64,000 nucleotides of DNA from the human T2T-CHM13v2.0 reference genome, Homo sapiens. Below are positions 62,626 to 64,000 of the stretch, one piece after another. Location of the stretch: assembly GCF_009914755.1 (NCBI RefSeq), contig NC_060935.1. One strand, 5' to 3'. Position numbers and translations under genes: made by a program. A model generated the notes under the pieces. That model saw only the letters and a program-made list of their open reading frames with translations, was not told the DNA's origin and made no database searches. Position 1 is the stretch's first letter, and every line of letters starts with the position of its first letter.

Positions 62626-63071
62626 TGTATTAGGGTTCCCTGGAGGGACAGAACTAATAGGAGATACATATATATACACACATATATTTATTAAGTTTAT
62701 TGAGAACTTACACGATCACAAGGTCCCACAGTAGGCTGGCTGCAAGCTTGAGGAAAAGAGAGAGCCAGAGTCTGAGTCTGAAAACTGAAGAACTTGGGGG
62801 TCCAGTGTCTGAGGGCAGGAAGCATCCAGCGTGGGAGAAGGATGGAAGCTGGGAGGCTAGGCCAGTCTCTCCTCTTCACGTTTTTCTGCGTGCTTATATT
62901 CTACCTATGCTGGTAGCTGATTAGACTGTGCCCACCAGATTGAGAGTGGGTGGGCCTTCCCCAGCCCACTAACTCAAATGTTAATCTCATTTGGCAACAC
63001 CCTTACAGACAAACCCAGGATCAGTATTTTGCATCCTTCAATCAAGTTGACACTTAGTATTAACCATCACA
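62626..63071 (-). mobile_element. HERVL solo LTR (MLT2A1/A2-like), adjacent to a MER5-like relic
   Basis: Minus strand TGTGATGGTTAATACT.AGTGTCAACTTGA...AACCCTAATACA; perfect 5-bp TSD ATGTA at 62621-62625 and 63072-63076. Confidence 0.87.
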
Positions 63072-63257
63072 ATGTATGATTTTTAAAATCTGCATTTTTA
63101 ATAAGCTACTAGTTTATTTTTCCACCTAATCCAATTCCTAATTTTATTTGAAAGCACCAAGGTAAATAGTTCCTAAATCACTGTTATTTAAATTGTGCTC
63201 CAGTACCCCTTATTCTTGCTGCAATTCCAAGACAGAGATAACAAAAATTTTTTTTTC

Positions 63258-63641
<384 letters not shown>

Positions 63642-63687
63642 TGCCAAAATTTTTAATGTTTGCATGTACATAGTTACTCAACAAAGA

Positions 63688-64000
63688 GGCCAGGTGTGGT
63701 GGCTCACGCCTATAATGCCAACACTTTGGGAGGGTTGCCTGAGCCCAGGAGTTCGAGACCAGCCTGGGCAACATTGTAAGAGCCTGTCTCTTAAAAATAT
63801 ATATTTTGGGGAGCCAGGTGTGGCACCTCACGCCTGTAATCCCAACACTGGGAGGCTGAGGTGAGTGGATTGCTTGAGCTCAGGAGTTCGAGATCAGCCT
63901 GGGCAACATGGCGAAACCCTGTCTCTACCAAAAAAAAAAAAAAAAAAAAAAGTAGAGGCATCGTGGTGTGTGCCTGTGGTCCTGGCTACTGGGAAGTCTG
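63688..64000 (+). mobile_element. Alu monomer plus an Alu running off the window edge
   Basis: Alu consensus. Confidence 0.88.

Overview
Primate, almost certainly human, repeat-rich genomic DNA with about 50 Alu elements plus MIR, L1, L2, LTR and DNA-transposon relics. No intact protein-coding sequence is supported; the ORF track is Alu-, LTR- or composition-derived noise. Two anchors identify the locus from recall, not from a database search: a 135-nt SNORA70-family H/ACA snoRNA copy on the minus strand (21922-22056) and a bidirectional CpG-rich promoter at about 52.4-52.6 kb. Together they fit the 5' intron(s) of RAB30 (minus strand, with intronic SNORA70E) and its divergent lncRNA RAB30-DT (plus strand) on chr11q14.1. 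The most informative element is the SNORA70 copy. It is the 5' end of a TSD-flanked retrocopy of a partly processed RPL10 transcript: it starts at the snoRNA 5' end, keeps the rest of that intron, has the last intron spliced out and ends at a poly(A) signal. It lies in host-sense orientation, and its 18S guide pocket appears altered. Other points of note are two divergent ZNF143/SBS motifs and a YY1/Kozak 15-codon sORF at the promoter, a candidate 5'UTR cassette exon that would close an exon-1 uORF, an intact solo MER52-type LTR splitting a MIR, a perfect DUX4 motif in an MLT2 LTR, and several nested or rearranged Alus. I see no convincing evidence of a wholly new biological system.
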